Source: Verrucomicrobiota bacterium
Lineage (GTDB): Bacteria; Verrucomicrobiota; Verrucomicrobiia; Verrucomicrobiales; V1-33
DNA length: 64,000 nucleotides
Direction: 5' to 3'
NCBI GenBank assembly: GCA_003402705.1
Contig: QQNF01000004.1
Span: forward strand, 10,877 to 74,876
The position numbers and the translations under genes are program-made. Shown here in pieces: positions 46,555 through 56,668 of this stretch. Under the pieces are notes generated by a model. That model was not told the DNA's origin. It was given only the letters and a program-made list of their open reading frames with translations, and searched no databases. Within the stretch, counting starts at the first letter, position 1. Every line of letters starts with the position of its first letter.

Positions 46555-46576
46555 CCCCAAGAGGTCTGTCCAATTG
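46555..46576. repeat. Seventh copy of the AAGAGGTCTGTCCAATTG motif, ~90 bp upstream of the tgt start
   Basis: ccccaagaggtctgtccaattg, followed by ttcc(a)..cacggcag as after copy 3. A degenerate eighth copy (agaggtctgtctc, then ctaattgtcgc twice) lies at 48774-48840. Confidence 0.8.
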
Positions 46577-46668
46577 TTCCATGCACGGCAGCCTCATCGC
46601 CGATGCCGCCATGCGCGATCCGCTTTTCCCTAGATTGCCGCGGAATCCGTGCCAGAGAAAGCGGCCAC

Positions 46669-48738
46669 ATGGTTCCCTCCCGCTTGGATTTCCGGCTTGA
46701 AGCAGTGGCGGACGGCTCCCGGGCGCGGGCGGCCGTCTTCCGGACGCTGCACAACGAGGTGCGCACGCCCCTCTTCATGCCCGTGGGCACGCAGGCGACG
46801 GTGAAGGCGCAGCTGCCGGAAGCGCTCGAAGAATCGGGCTCCCAGATCCTCCTTGCCAATACCTATCACCTTCTCCTGCGCCCGGGCCCGGAAGTCTTCG
46901 AGCGCATGGGCGGCATCCACCGTTTCATGAAATGGAACCGTTCCGTCCTCACCGATTCCGGCGGCTTCCAGATCTTCTCCCTGCCTCACTCCCGCTCCAT
47001 GAGCGAGGAAGGCGCCATCTTTCAGAGCTACGTCGATGGCAGAACGATCCTGCTCAGCCCGGAGCGCTCCATCCTAACCCAGCGCAGCATCGGCAGCGAC
47101 ATCATGATGGTGCTCGATCAGTGCATCTCGTCCACAGCCGACCGCCGCAGCGCGCGCGCCGCCCTCGGCATCACTCAGCGCTGGGCGGAGCGCAGTCTGG
47201 CTGCGCGCGGCGACTCGCCCCAATCCCTGTTCGCCATCGTGCAGGGCGCACTCCACCAGGACCTCCGCAAGGAAAGCGCCGAGGGCCTGACTCCCCTTCC
47301 CTTTGACGGTTTTGCAATTGGCGGCCTCGCTGTCGGCGAGGCTAAAGCAGAGCGCGAGGATACCTGCGAATTCACCGCCGCACTCCTTCCCTCGGAAAAA
47401 CCCCGCTATCTCATGGGCGTCGGCACCCCGCTGGATGTGCTGGAAGCAGTGCACCGAGGCGTGGACATGTTCGACTGCATCATTCCCACTCAGGTCGCCA
47501 AACGCGGCACGCTGTTCACATCCCGCGGCATCGTCCAGCTGCGCCGCGGTGTCTATAAATTCCAGGACTCTCCCGCCGACCCGGCCTGCGCCTGCCCGGT
47601 CTGCTCCAAGTACAGCCGCGCCTACCTGCACCATCTCACCAAGACTCAGGAGACTCTCGGCTGGCAGCTGATGGGCCAGCACAATATCTGGTTTTATCAT
47701 CGGATGATGGACGAAATCCGGGCCGCCATTCTGTCTGGCACCTTTCTCGCATACTACCATGCAAGGCGCAGGATCCTCGCTGTGGAAGACATGGATTTCC
47801 CCACCTCCGACGCCGCACGCCCGGCTCCGCCCCGCCCGCTGGTGCTGGGAGAATACGAAGTCCACACCGCTTCAGAAGGGTTTTCCAGCATCCGGAACAC
47901 CACTTCCGGCGAGATCATGCACTCGTGCACTTCTCCCATCATAGAGGCCCAATCGCTTTATGTGGATCAGTCACGGCTCGCCGAACGCGCCCGCCTCGTC
48001 CCCGGCGAATCGCCAGAAACGGCTGCCCCGCTCATCATTTGGGACGTTGGCCTCGGGGCCGCCGCCAACGCCATGGCCGCCATTCTAGCCTACGAGGCCG
48101 CCGCAGATACCGGCCCCGTGCGCGGCTTGCAGATCATCAGTTTCGAAAACGATCTCGATCCCCTCCGCCTCGCCCTGCGACACAAGAAACGGTTCCCCTA
48201 CCTCGAGCACGGCGCTGCCGACGCTCTCGCGATCAGGGGCGCATGGCATTCCCGCCGTTTCCCCCGCCTTTCATGGCACCTTGTCCATGGGGATTTCAAG
48301 GAAACGCTGACGCAGGTCGATGCCCTCCCGGACTTCATCTTCTACGACATGTGGTCCGGCCGCACCCAGAGCGACGCATGGAACATCGCCGCTTTCCAGC
48401 AACTCTTCGACGCCTGCCACGCGAAACCCTGCGCCCTGTTCACCTACACCACTTCCACCGCCGCTCGCGTCGCCATGCTGGCCAGCGGATGGCACCTCGC
48501 CCGGGGCGTCGGCACCGGACCGAAAAGCGAAACCACCATCGCGCTCACCCCCTCCGCCGCAAACGCATCATGGGACCTCCTCGACCAGTCATGGCTGGCT
48601 CGCTGGGAACGTTCCCACGTCCAGTTCCCCGACGATCTGCCTCCAGCCTCGCAGGAAGCCTTCGCCCGCCGCATCAGGGAACACCCGCAGTTCGCCCCCG
48701 ATCCGGTCGCCAATCCACCGGACCGTCAGCCCGCCTGA
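46669..48738 (+). CDS. tgt: Queuine tRNA-ribosyltransferase fused to a C-terminal MnmC-N-terminal-like (Methyltransf_30/DUF752-type) domain (689 aa)
   Basis: Start trimmed to MVPSRLDFRLEAV...RTPLFMPVGT. Tgt motifs LTDSGGFQ, GLAVGE, YLMGVGTP and Zn site CACPVCSKYSRAYLHHL. C-terminal ~290 aa: IWDVGLGAAANAMA...ISFENDLDPL...VHGDF...DFIFYDMWS..QSDAWN...LFTYTTSTAARVAMLASGWHLARGVGTGPKSETT, which parallels the MnmC methyltransferase-domain pattern (from memory). Confidence 0.8.
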   Translation: MVPSRLDFRLEAVADGSRARAAVFRTLHNEVRTPLFMPVGTQATVKAQLPEALEESGSQILLANTYHLLLRPGPEVFERMGGIHRFMKWNRSVLTDSGGFQIFSLPHSRSMSEEGAIFQSYVDGRTILLSPERSILTQRSIGSDIMMVLDQCISSTADRRSARAALGITQRWAERSLAARGDSPQSLFAIVQGALHQDLRKESAEGLTPLPFDGFAIGGLAVGEAKAEREDTCEFTAALLPSEKPRYLMGVGTPLDVLEAVHRGVDMFDCIIPTQVAKRGTLFTSRGIVQLRRGVYKFQDSPADPACACPVCSKYSRAYLHHLTKTQETLGWQLMGQHNIWFYHRMMDEIRAAILSGTFLAYYHARRRILAVEDMDFPTSDAARPAPPRPLVLGEYEVHTASEGFSSIRNTTSGEIMHSCTSPIIEAQSLYVDQSRLAERARLVPGESPETAAPLIIWDVGLGAAANAMAAILAYEAAADTGPVRGLQIISFENDLDPLRLALRHKKRFPYLEHGAADALAIRGAWHSRRFPRLSWHLVHGDFKETLTQVDALPDFIFYDMWSGRTQSDAWNIAAFQQLFDACHAKPCALFTYTTSTAARVAMLASGWHLARGVGTGPKSETTIALTPSAANASWDLLDQSWLARWERSHVQFPDDLPPASQEAFARRIREHPQFAPDPVANPPDRQPA

Positions 48739-48921
48739 ACCCCAGCGATGTGATAGCAGGCAACGCGCTGCATAGAGGTCTGTCTCAGGGGTCAATTCTA
48801 ATTGTCGCGGAGGGAATCCCTAATTGTCGCCGGACAGTCTGTCTCATTTCCCGCCCATCTTCGGCAACGCGCCCCGCTCCAAGCCACCCCCCCCACAACC
48901 AATCCCCAGCAAACGGCTCGC

Positions 48922-50073
48922 TCATTTGCCCTCCATCGGTCTCCCCGAACCCATCGCAATCTCCATCAGCCCACCGTGAATCTCCTGCCACGATCTCGTG
49001 AGATCCAGCGAAAGCGCCCGAATGCGATGGCCGTGAGTCACAAACTCGACCGCAAAGTCCCGGTCGGTGCGCGGGTACAGTAGCACACCCTCCGCGCGTT
49101 CCCACCCCTGCTGGCACGACTGCTGCCGCAGCTAGGTGAACAACTGATAAAAATTCGCCGCCGGAAGCTTCGCCTGACCATATGCCCCGATCTTCAGTGC
49201 CTTCGCATAAAACTTCGTGTCGATGATAATCGCCCGCCCTGGCCCCCGGAGACACACATCCGTCTCCATCCCCGGAACCAACTCCACCGCATCATTATTC
49301 GGATCCTGCATTTGCCATTTCACTCTCGATGCACTCACACACCACTCCGCGGGCAACTCATGCTCATAGAACTTTCTCACGAAGCTCTCGAAAAGCCCCG
49401 GCAGGCCATCCCGAACGAAATCACGGAACCGGCGTGCACCGCCACCCTCATCCGGAAGCCAGTGCTCATGAACAAACTCGCAGATGTGCAGCAGAAACGC
49501 ATAAATCCGATTGTTCCGGTGCAGCTGCACACGCCGGAAATCCTCCGCACGCAGCACCACACGGCGAACCGGTTCAAGCCAGCGGAGCAAATCGTGCAAT
49601 TCCGCCCGCATCCCCGCTTCCAGCTCCTCAGCCGCCCGAAGGCGCTCCAGCGTCGCCTTCAGAATCCGGTTCGGAAGCGTGTCATATTCCAGTTCCTCCC
49701 ACTCACACGCCGCGCAACCCCGCCGAATCAAATCGCGCCGCACCGTCGCAGTCGTGAGCAACTTGCCCCTCACTCCGGGAATCTCCTCCTCTCGCGGAAG
49801 ATAACCCCGATCCAAACCCCGCCTCAGCAGGCGGCGAGTCCCGTTCGCCAGCACCCTCGCAAACAGTCCCGCAAGATCCGTTGAACCCAGCGCATCCACA
49901 TCCGCCAGCGTCTCCGCCTCGGACAGCGCATCCCACGCATAGCACAATAGGTAGTAGATGTTTGCTATCGGAATCGCGCTTCCTCCCGAACCCGCCAAGC
50001 CGGCCCCAGAAGCATGAACGCCCTCCGCTTCCGCAGATGAAGTCGTCTCAAGTTGAGCGGAAGCATTCATCAT
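48922..50073 (-). pseudogene. mcrC: McrC-like restriction subunit interrupted by an in-frame TAG
   Basis: Track ORF 49132..50073 ends ...IIDTKFYAKAL...ANFYQLFT*(TAG, 49132-49134). The same frame continues LRQQSCQQGWERAEGVLLYPRTDRDFAVEFVTHGHRIRALSLDLTRSWQEIHGGLMEIAMGSGRPMEGK* to TGA 48922-48924, keeping G/T-rich third positions. Confidence 0.75.
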
Positions 50074-50083
50074 CCCGACTTGC

Positions 50084-51695
50084 TCAATCCCCCAGCAAAT
50101 CCGCCACCAGCTTTCTCACCCGATCGCCGGAATCAAAATACTCCTCAAGCAGCGGCTGAATTTCTCCGGCTATCACCTCACGATACCACAATTCGTCAGG
50201 TCGATCACCTTCCTGCGGACAAAAGAAACTGTGCCCGACCCGGAATCCCGGCCCCAGGTCCCTCTCCTTCTCGATCACGGCATTCAACTCACCAACATTC
50301 CGGCGAATCCGCGCTATCAGTGCCTCGGACGCGCCACGCTTCTTCATCCATCCCGCAAACTCAGGCGAATCCACCGCCGGCTCCACCGTCACAAACGCAA
50401 AACGCCGCCGCAGCGCATAATCCACCATCGCCAGCGACCGGTCCGCTGTATTCATCGTCCCGATGAAATACAGATTCTTCGGCAGGAAAAACTTCTCCTC
50501 CGGACCCTCGGAATACGTCAGCGGGATCGCATGCTCCGGCCCGCGCTTGTCGGACTCAATCAGCATCAGCAATTCCCCGAAAATCTTCGCAAGATTGCCC
50601 CGGTTGATCTCATCAATAATGAAAAACCAGTCCCGGCTAGGATCGTTCCTCGCCAGCCGCGCAAACTGATGCAGCACCCCATCCCGGCGCTCCAACCCCG
50701 TACGGCTCGGCCTGAACCCCTGCACGAAATCCTCATAACCATAGCTCGGATGAAACTGCACCGTCGCCACCCGCCGCTCATCCCGCTCACCCATCAACGC
50801 AAACGCCAGACGCCGAGCCACAAACGTTTTCCCAACCCCTGGCGGCCCCTGCAGGATCAATGCCTTCTTCCGCCGCAGACGCGCTAGCACCCCATCCAGC
50901 GCCTCCACAGACATGAACAAATCCGATAGCGCATCCGCTCTCGTAAACGGAACCGCTCCAGCCCCCCCCCTCATTCAACCCCGTCGATATCGGATCATCG
51001 CCACCCTCAAGCCCTTCCTCCACCCCGCTCTCGAGATATGCATCCCATGAGAACTGAGGAAAATCACTTCCCGCTTTCGACTCCACCGCATCGAGCCAGG
51101 CAGCGTAGCCCGCCCCCGTCCGGCTCGACAGGACAACTCCACGCTGTCTGAAATATGCCTCCGTGTGCTTGTCACCCGGTAGAAATCCCCTCGGCTCGAC
51201 CCAGAATAAACTCGTCGTCAGCTTCGCAAACCCCATCTGCCGGATCCCCAGCGCCTGATCAAAAAGCCCCCAGTCAAACGACTTCCACGACGCCCCAATC
51301 GCCGCCTTCGCCACACGCCACAGCAACCCGACATCACCCTCTCCCCGGCCCTCTCGATAACCAAAAGACCAGCTGTTCTGCGCGTTCGCCAGCGGAATCC
51401 CGTCGAAATCATCCGGCACTGCCGACGACAGATTCCAAGCCTCCTTGATCTTCGCCAGCATTGCCTGCCGACCACTCACGGAACTCGTCCGGTTGAAACT
51501 GGCAAAGAACGTAAACGGATCAATCTCCTCCAGCGCAATGCGGGTCCCCTCCGCATCCCGGTCATTCAGAAGAATCACCTTCATCCCTTCCGACCTCATC
51601 TCCCTCAACAGCTCCAGCAGTTCTTCCTGACGCGATTCAAACGCCAGCACCTTGCGGGCAATCTCGGAATAGATGGGAATCCACGTGAAGCTCAT
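50084..51695 (-). pseudogene. mcrB: McrB-like AAA+ GTPase restriction subunit split by a frame switch at a G9 (minus) homopolymer
   Basis: The N-terminal domain (MSFTWIPIYSEIARKVL...) is in the frame of track ORF 50787..51755. The AAA+ part (LILQGPPGVGKTF...FFIIDEINRGNLAKIFGELL...FIGTMNTADRSLAMVDYALRRRFAF) is in the frame of 50084..50974. The frames meet at c9 on + (50962-50970). Third-position G/T bias switches frame exactly there. Removing one G fuses them into a ~536-aa protein. Confidence 0.75.
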
Positions 51696-51871
51696 GACAC
51701 AAATACTCGTTTCTCGGAATATTGCCAGACCACTCCTGCCAACCCCCACCCGCAACAGCAGATCTCAACATCACCTCGGTCGGCCACGACGTCGTCTCAC
51801 AGCCGTTCAGCAGCTTCCCCACAAGCCCCCGCCCCCCGGCACTCACCGGAAGGCGGGGCCGCCTCAACGCC

Positions 51872-52354
51872 TCAAGGCTTCGCCGCCTTCGCCTTCGCCG
51901 CAGGCTTCTCCTTCTCCTTCTCAGGCTCGCACTTGCACAACCACTCCGGTTCCTTGCAGCCATCGCACGTCGCCGTGTTGTATTCCATCCGAGCCGTAAT
52001 CGGCTTGCCTTCCGGACCACTCCGGAATTGCAGAATCAGCCACGCCCCTTCTCTCACCACCGGCATCGAGAACCCCGTCGCCGCTTTCGCCACTTCCAGC
52101 TTCACCGGCTTCGCGCGATCGCCCGTCGACGCCGTCAGCGTCTGCGCCGCCACCGCCACCGGCTTCATGTCCTTGTCGAACAGCGCAATGTGGAACTTGC
52201 CCTCCTTCACAGTGACTTCGCCGTGCATCGTCTCGTCCTTGCTGAACTCAAGCAGCCGCCCCCCGTTAGGGCCGCGCTCGACCCCTTCGTGCGCCTTCAG
52301 CACCGCCGCTCCGCTCAGGAACGCCAGAGTCATGGATATCAGTTTCATATTCAT
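51872..52354 (-). CDS. Small secreted protein (160 aa) with a C-terminal Cys cluster, last gene of the metal-efflux operon
   Basis: Signal peptide MNMKLISMTLAFLSGAAVLKA. C-terminal CDGCKEPEWLCKCEPEKEKEKP. Lies 55 bp downstream of the RND pump gene on the same strand. Confidence 0.65.
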   Translation of the reverse strand: MNMKLISMTLAFLSGAAVLKAHEGVERGPNGGRLLEFSKDETMHGEVTVKEGKFHIALFDKDMKPVAVAAQTLTASTGDRAKPVKLEVAKAATGFSMPVVREGAWLILQFRSGPEGKPITARMEYNTATCDGCKEPEWLCKCEPEKEKEKPAAKAKAAKP

Positions 52355-52409
52355 AGGTTTGTTATGGGTTGTTGTTGTCTAGGCTAAGAAAAATCACATT
52401 TCGGCCCGA

Positions 52410-55400
52410 TCATCCCGCCGCAGCCGTCGGACCGGAAACCGCCGCCAGCGCCGCCCGCCGGCCGAACATCCAGAAGACTGCAGGCGTCACCATCAGATCC
52501 AGCAGCGTCGAACTCACCAGTCCGCCCGCCATCACCACCGCCACCGGATGCAGAATCTCTTTCCCCGGCTCGCCCGCAGACAGCACCAGCGGCACCAGCG
52601 CAATCCCCGCGCTCAGCGCCGTCATCAGCACCGGCACTAGCCGCTCCAGCGTCCCCCGCACAATCATCGCCCGGCTGAATCCCTCGCCCTCGTGCCGCAT
52701 CAGATGCAGATAATGACTGATCATCATGATCCCGTTGCGCGCTGCCACCCCGCCCACCGCAATGAATCCCACCACCGTCGCAATGCTGATGTTGTCAATC
52801 ATCCGCCACGTCAGCGCCAGCCCGCCAATCAGCGCTAGCGGTATATTCAGCAGCACCTGCATCGCCAGTGAAACACTCCGGAAATACCCGCTCAGCAGCA
52901 CCGCCACCACCACCAGCACCAGCCCGAACGACCACGCAATCCGCCGCGCCGCCGCCTCCCGCGCCTGAAACTCTCCCTCAAACCGCAACCCATACCCCTC
53001 CGGCAGCTTCACCCTCTCCCGCACCAGCGACTCCCACCGCCCAACCAGCGAACCAAGATCCCGCGACGACGTGTTCGCCCCGATCACAATCCTCCGCTGC
53101 GCATTCTCACGGTTGATCACGCTCGGCCCCGACGCCTCCCGCACCGACGCCAGCAACCTCAGCGGCACCCGCCCTTCCGGCGTCTCAATCAGCAGTCCGC
53201 CCAGTTTGTCAGGATCACTCCGCCACGCCTCCGGCAACCGCAGCACCAGATCCACACTCCGCTGCCCGTCCCGCAGTTCCGCCATCAACTGCCCCCCCAG
53301 CAGCACCGACACCTGCCCGCTAACCTCCCCAGGCGTCACCCCGTAAACCTTCGCCCGTTCCCGATCGACCGAAATGCGCACCTGCGGAATCGGCACCTGC
53401 GCCTCCAGACTAACATCCGTCAACCCCGGCACCTGCGCCGCCAGATCACGCACCTCCACACCCTTCGCCCGCAGCACCTCCAGATCCGGCCCGAAAATCT
53501 TCACCGCAATCTTCGCCGACACCCCGCTCAGCATGTGACTCAACCGGTGCCCGATCGGTTGCCCCACATTCACCACCGTCCCCGGAATCCCTCCCAGCGT
53601 CTTCCGGATCTCCGCAAACACCACCTCCCTCGCACGCCCACCCTCTGTAAACTCTACATCGAACTCATTCACACTCACCGGCATCACGTGATCATCCCGC
53701 TCGGCCCGCCCCGCCCGCCGCCCCACCGATCGCACCTCCGGAATACTATGCAGCAGCCGCACCCCCACTTCCCCAGTCTCGTTAGTCTGCGCCAGCGACG
53801 TCCCCGGCGCTCCCACTAGCGAGATCGTCGCACTCCCTTCATTGAACGACGGCAGAAACTCCTTCCCCATCCCCGGATAAAGCATCAGCGCACCCACCAG
53901 CAGCACGCCCGCCAGCGCTAACACCAGCGCCGGAACTCCCAGCGCCGCTCGCAGAAACGTATGCTCCACCAACCACTTCATCCCCCGCACCACCATCCCG
54001 TCACCGTGCCCCCCGCCACCCGCCCGCGGGCGCAGCAGCAGCGAACAAAGCACCGGAATCACCGTCAGACTAACCACAAACGACGCCGCCATGCTCGTGA
54101 TCGTCGCCACCGCAATCGGCGTGAACAACCTCCCTTCCAGTCCCTCCAGCCCCAGCAGCGGAAGAAACACCAGCACCACCAGCACCGTCGCATACAGAAT
54201 CGAATGCCGCACCTCCCCCGATGCCGCCGCAATCACATCGCGCACCGATCGCCGCTCCGCCGCCACCGCATTCTCCCGCAATCGCCGCCACACATTCTCC
54301 ACATCCACAATCGCATCGTCCACCACCATCCCCATCGCCACCGCCAGCCCGCCCAGCGTCATCGAATTCACACTCACTCCCGCCACCCGGAAGACTAGCA
54401 ATGTAACCGCAAACGACAGCGGTATCGCCGTCAGCGTGATCACCGTCGTCCTCACATTCAGCAGAAACAGAAACAGCACCAGCGCCACCATGATCGCCCC
54501 GTCGCGAATCGCCTCGCGCAGATTCCCCACCGCATGCCCGATGAAATCCCCCTGCCGGAACAGCACTTCCGGACGAACCCCCGCAGGCAGCGTCGCCCGA
54601 ATCTCCTCCAGCGCCTCCTCGATCGCCTTCGTCAGCCTCAATGTGTCAGCCCCCGGAGCCTTGTCTATGCTCAGAATCACTCCCATCGTCCCGTTCACAC
54701 TCGCATCGCCCCGCATCACCCCCACTCCCTCCCGCACCGCCGCCACATCGCTCACCAATACCGTCTGCGCCCCCTTCTTCCTAACCACCGTCGACCCGAT
54801 GTCCTCGAGCTTCACCGTCAAATTCAAATGCCGCACCATGATCTCCCGCGGCCCCGCCTGAAGATACCCGCTCGTCGCACTCCCCGACGCCCCGCTCACC
54901 GCCCGCTCCAACTCCTCCACCCCCACCCCGAACGCCGCCATCCGCTGCGGATCCGGCTGCACTTCAATCTGCCTCACCCCCCCGCCAATCGTCAGCACCT
55001 CAGCCACCCCGCTGATGCTCTGCAACCGCCGCCGGATCGTCCAGTCCGCCAGCGTCCGCAACGCCACCGGCGGCACCGATCCATCCTCGCTCCGCAATCC
55101 CACCAGCAGAATCTCCCCCATCAGCGAGGAAATCGGTGTCATCCCCGACTTCACTCCCGCCGGCAGCGCCCGCACCGCCGGCCCTAACCGCTCCTGCACC
55201 ATCTGCCGCGCCCGGTGAATGTCCGTCCCCCACGCAAACTCCGCAAACACCAGCGACAACCCCACGTCCGAATTCGACCGCAACCGGTCCAGCCCGCCAA
55301 TCCCCTGTAATGCCGCCTCGATCGGCTGCGTGATCACCGTCTCCGTTTCCTCAGGTGCCAGCCCCGGCGCTTCTGTCAGGATCGTCACCGTCGGCTTCGT

Positions 55401-55559
55401 CATGTCCGGCAGCACTTCCACCGGCAATTCCGTCAGCGTCCGGGCCCCCGCCAGCACCACCAGCAGTGCCCCCATCAGCACCGCCGCCCGATGCCGCAGC
55501 GAAAAACCAATCAACCGGTTCAGCAACCCGCCCGGCGCTCCTTCTCCGCTCCCGCTCAC
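52410..55559 (-). CDS. Heavy-metal-efflux RND permease (CusA/CzcA family)
   Basis: LLNRLIGFSLRHR...PDMTKPTVTILTEAPGLAPEE...GMVVDDAIVDVENV. 12-TM RND architecture. Start is taken at the GTG overlapping the adaptor stop (GTGA, 55556-55559) rather than the track ATG at 55652. Confidence 0.88.
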   Translation of the reverse strand: MSGSGEGAPGGLLNRLIGFSLRHRAAVLMGALLVVLAGARTLTELPVEVLPDMTKPTVTILTEAPGLAPEETETVITQPIEAALQGIGGLDRLRSNSDVGLSLVFAEFAWGTDIHRARQMVQERLGPAVRALPAGVKSGMTPISSLMGEILLVGLRSEDGSVPPVALRTLADWTIRRRLQSISGVAEVLTIGGGVRQIEVQPDPQRMAAFGVGVEELERAVSGASGSATSGYLQAGPREIMVRHLNLTVKLEDIGSTVVRKKGAQTVLVSDVAAVREGVGVMRGDASVNGTMGVILSIDKAPGADTLRLTKAIEEALEEIRATLPAGVRPEVLFRQGDFIGHAVGNLREAIRDGAIMVALVLFLFLLNVRTTVITLTAIPLSFAVTLLVFRVAGVSVNSMTLGGLAVAMGMVVDDAIVDVENVWRRLRENAVAAERRSVRDVIAAASGEVRHSILYATVLVVLVFLPLLGLEGLEGRLFTPIAVATITSMAASFVVSLTVIPVLCSLLLRPRAGGGGHGDGMVVRGMKWLVEHTFLRAALGVPALVLALAGVLLVGALMLYPGMGKEFLPSFNEGSATISLVGAPGTSLAQTNETGEVGVRLLHSIPEVRSVGRRAGRAERDDHVMPVSVNEFDVEFTEGGRAREVVFAEIRKTLGGIPGTVVNVGQPIGHRLSHMLSGVSAKIAVKIFGPDLEVLRAKGVEVRDLAAQVPGLTDVSLEAQVPIPQVRISVDRERAKVYGVTPGEVSGQVSVLLGGQLMAELRDGQRSVDLVLRLPEAWRSDPDKLGGLLIETPEGRVPLRLLASVREASGPSVINRENAQRRIVIGANTSSRDLGSLVGRWESLVRERVKLPEGYGLRFEGEFQAREAAARRIAWSFGLVLVVVAVLLSGYFRSVSLAMQVLLNIPLALIGGLALTWRMIDNISIATVVGFIAVGGVAARNGIMMISHYLHLMRHEGEGFSRAMIVRGTLERLVPVLMTALSAGIALVPLVLSAGEPGKEILHPVAVVMAGGLVSSTLLDLMVTPAVFWMFGRRAALAAVSGPTAAAG

Positions 55560-56668
55560 TGCGGCCCTCCCTTCCGCCGCAGACTCACCACCGCCAGCAG
55601 CATCAGCAGCACGCCACTCGTCCCCGCAAAGAACACCGCCAGCGGATTCCACACGCCTCCGCCACCGCCCTCACGCCCCTCCTCCTTTCTCTCCGCCGCC
55701 GCAATCTGCTCCTTCGTCATCTCCGACCCATCCTCATTGTGAGGATGCCCGTGCGCCGCATCCATCGCCTCCCGCAGACTCACACTGCTCGTCGCCGACG
55801 CCAGATTCCACGCCCCGCGCGTCACCACTTCATCCCCAGGAAACAACCCGCTCGCCACTTCCACAAACCCGTCGTTCATCGCCCCCGTCTCAATCCCCGT
55901 CTTCAGAAACGCATGCTCCAGCTCGTAATCCTTCACCATCACAAACCGCCGCCCGCCATCACCCAGCACCGCCGCCCGCGGCACCGCCATCACCCCCTCT
56001 CTCTTCCCGGTCACAATCGTGAACTCCGCCCTCATCCCCGGCCGCAGCAGTTTGTCAGGATTCGCCACGTGAAACGCCGCCTCCAGCGTCCCGTCACCCG
56101 CATCCGCCTCCGTCGCAAGGTGCGCCAGCGTCGCCTCGAAAACCTTGTCAGGGCACGCCGCCACCCGGATCCGCGCACTCTGCCCCACCCGCAGCGCCCC
56201 CGCCAGATGCTGCGGCACCTGCGCCGCCGCCTCCACCACCTCCAGATTCACAATCTCCACCAGCACGTCGTCCGGCGTCACCGGCTGCCCGGGCGCAATC
56301 TTCACTGTCGCCACCGTGCCCGCCATCGGCGCAGGCAGCATCACCGTCGGCGGCGGATCTCCCGGCTGTCGGCTCTCAATCCACGCCACTTCATCCCCCT
56401 CCGCAATCTCCTGATGCGGAATCACCAGCACCGAAAACGCCCGGCCCGCAATCCGACTGCTCACCACCGCTCGCTTCCCCGGCAGCACCTCGATTTCTCC
56501 TAGCGCAAACACCGTCTCCTCAAACGCCGTCTCCTCCGCCTCCGCCGTCTCCAGCTTCAGCAAGGCCGCCTCCGCCTCCTTCAGCCGCACCATGTTCTGA
56601 AACCGCCCGCTGTCTTCCGCAGCAACCGCCAGACTCGCCGTCAGTAGATAAATCAGAATCTCTTTCAT
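55556..56668 (-). CDS. RND efflux periplasmic adaptor (MFP/CusB-like)
   Basis: Signal/anchor MKEILIYLLTASLAVAA, and a barrel-sandwich/lipoyl-like region (...APMAGTVATVKIAPGQPVTPDDVLVEIVNLE...). Sits between the OMF and RND genes with 4-nt overlaps on both sides. Confidence 0.82.
   Translation of the reverse strand: MKEILIYLLTASLAVAAEDSGRFQNMVRLKEAEAALLKLETAEAEETAFEETVFALGEIEVLPGKRAVVSSRIAGRAFSVLVIPHQEIAEGDEVAWIESRQPGDPPPTVMLPAPMAGTVATVKIAPGQPVTPDDVLVEIVNLEVVEAAAQVPQHLAGALRVGQSARIRVAACPDKVFEATLAHLATEADAGDGTLEAAFHVANPDKLLRPGMRAEFTIVTGKREGVMAVPRAAVLGDGGRRFVMVKDYELEHAFLKTGIETGAMNDGFVEVASGLFPGDEVVTRGAWNLASATSSVSLREAMDAAHGHPHNEDGSEMTKEQIAAAERKEEGREGGGGGVWNPLAVFFAGTSGVLLMLLAVVSLRRKGGPQ

Noticed and set aside
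48785-49255. ORF 48785..49255 (156 aa, minus) as a gene between tgt and mcrC
   Set aside because: It overlaps, out of frame, the continuing McrC reading frame (48922-49131), which has family-like sequence and proper periodicity.
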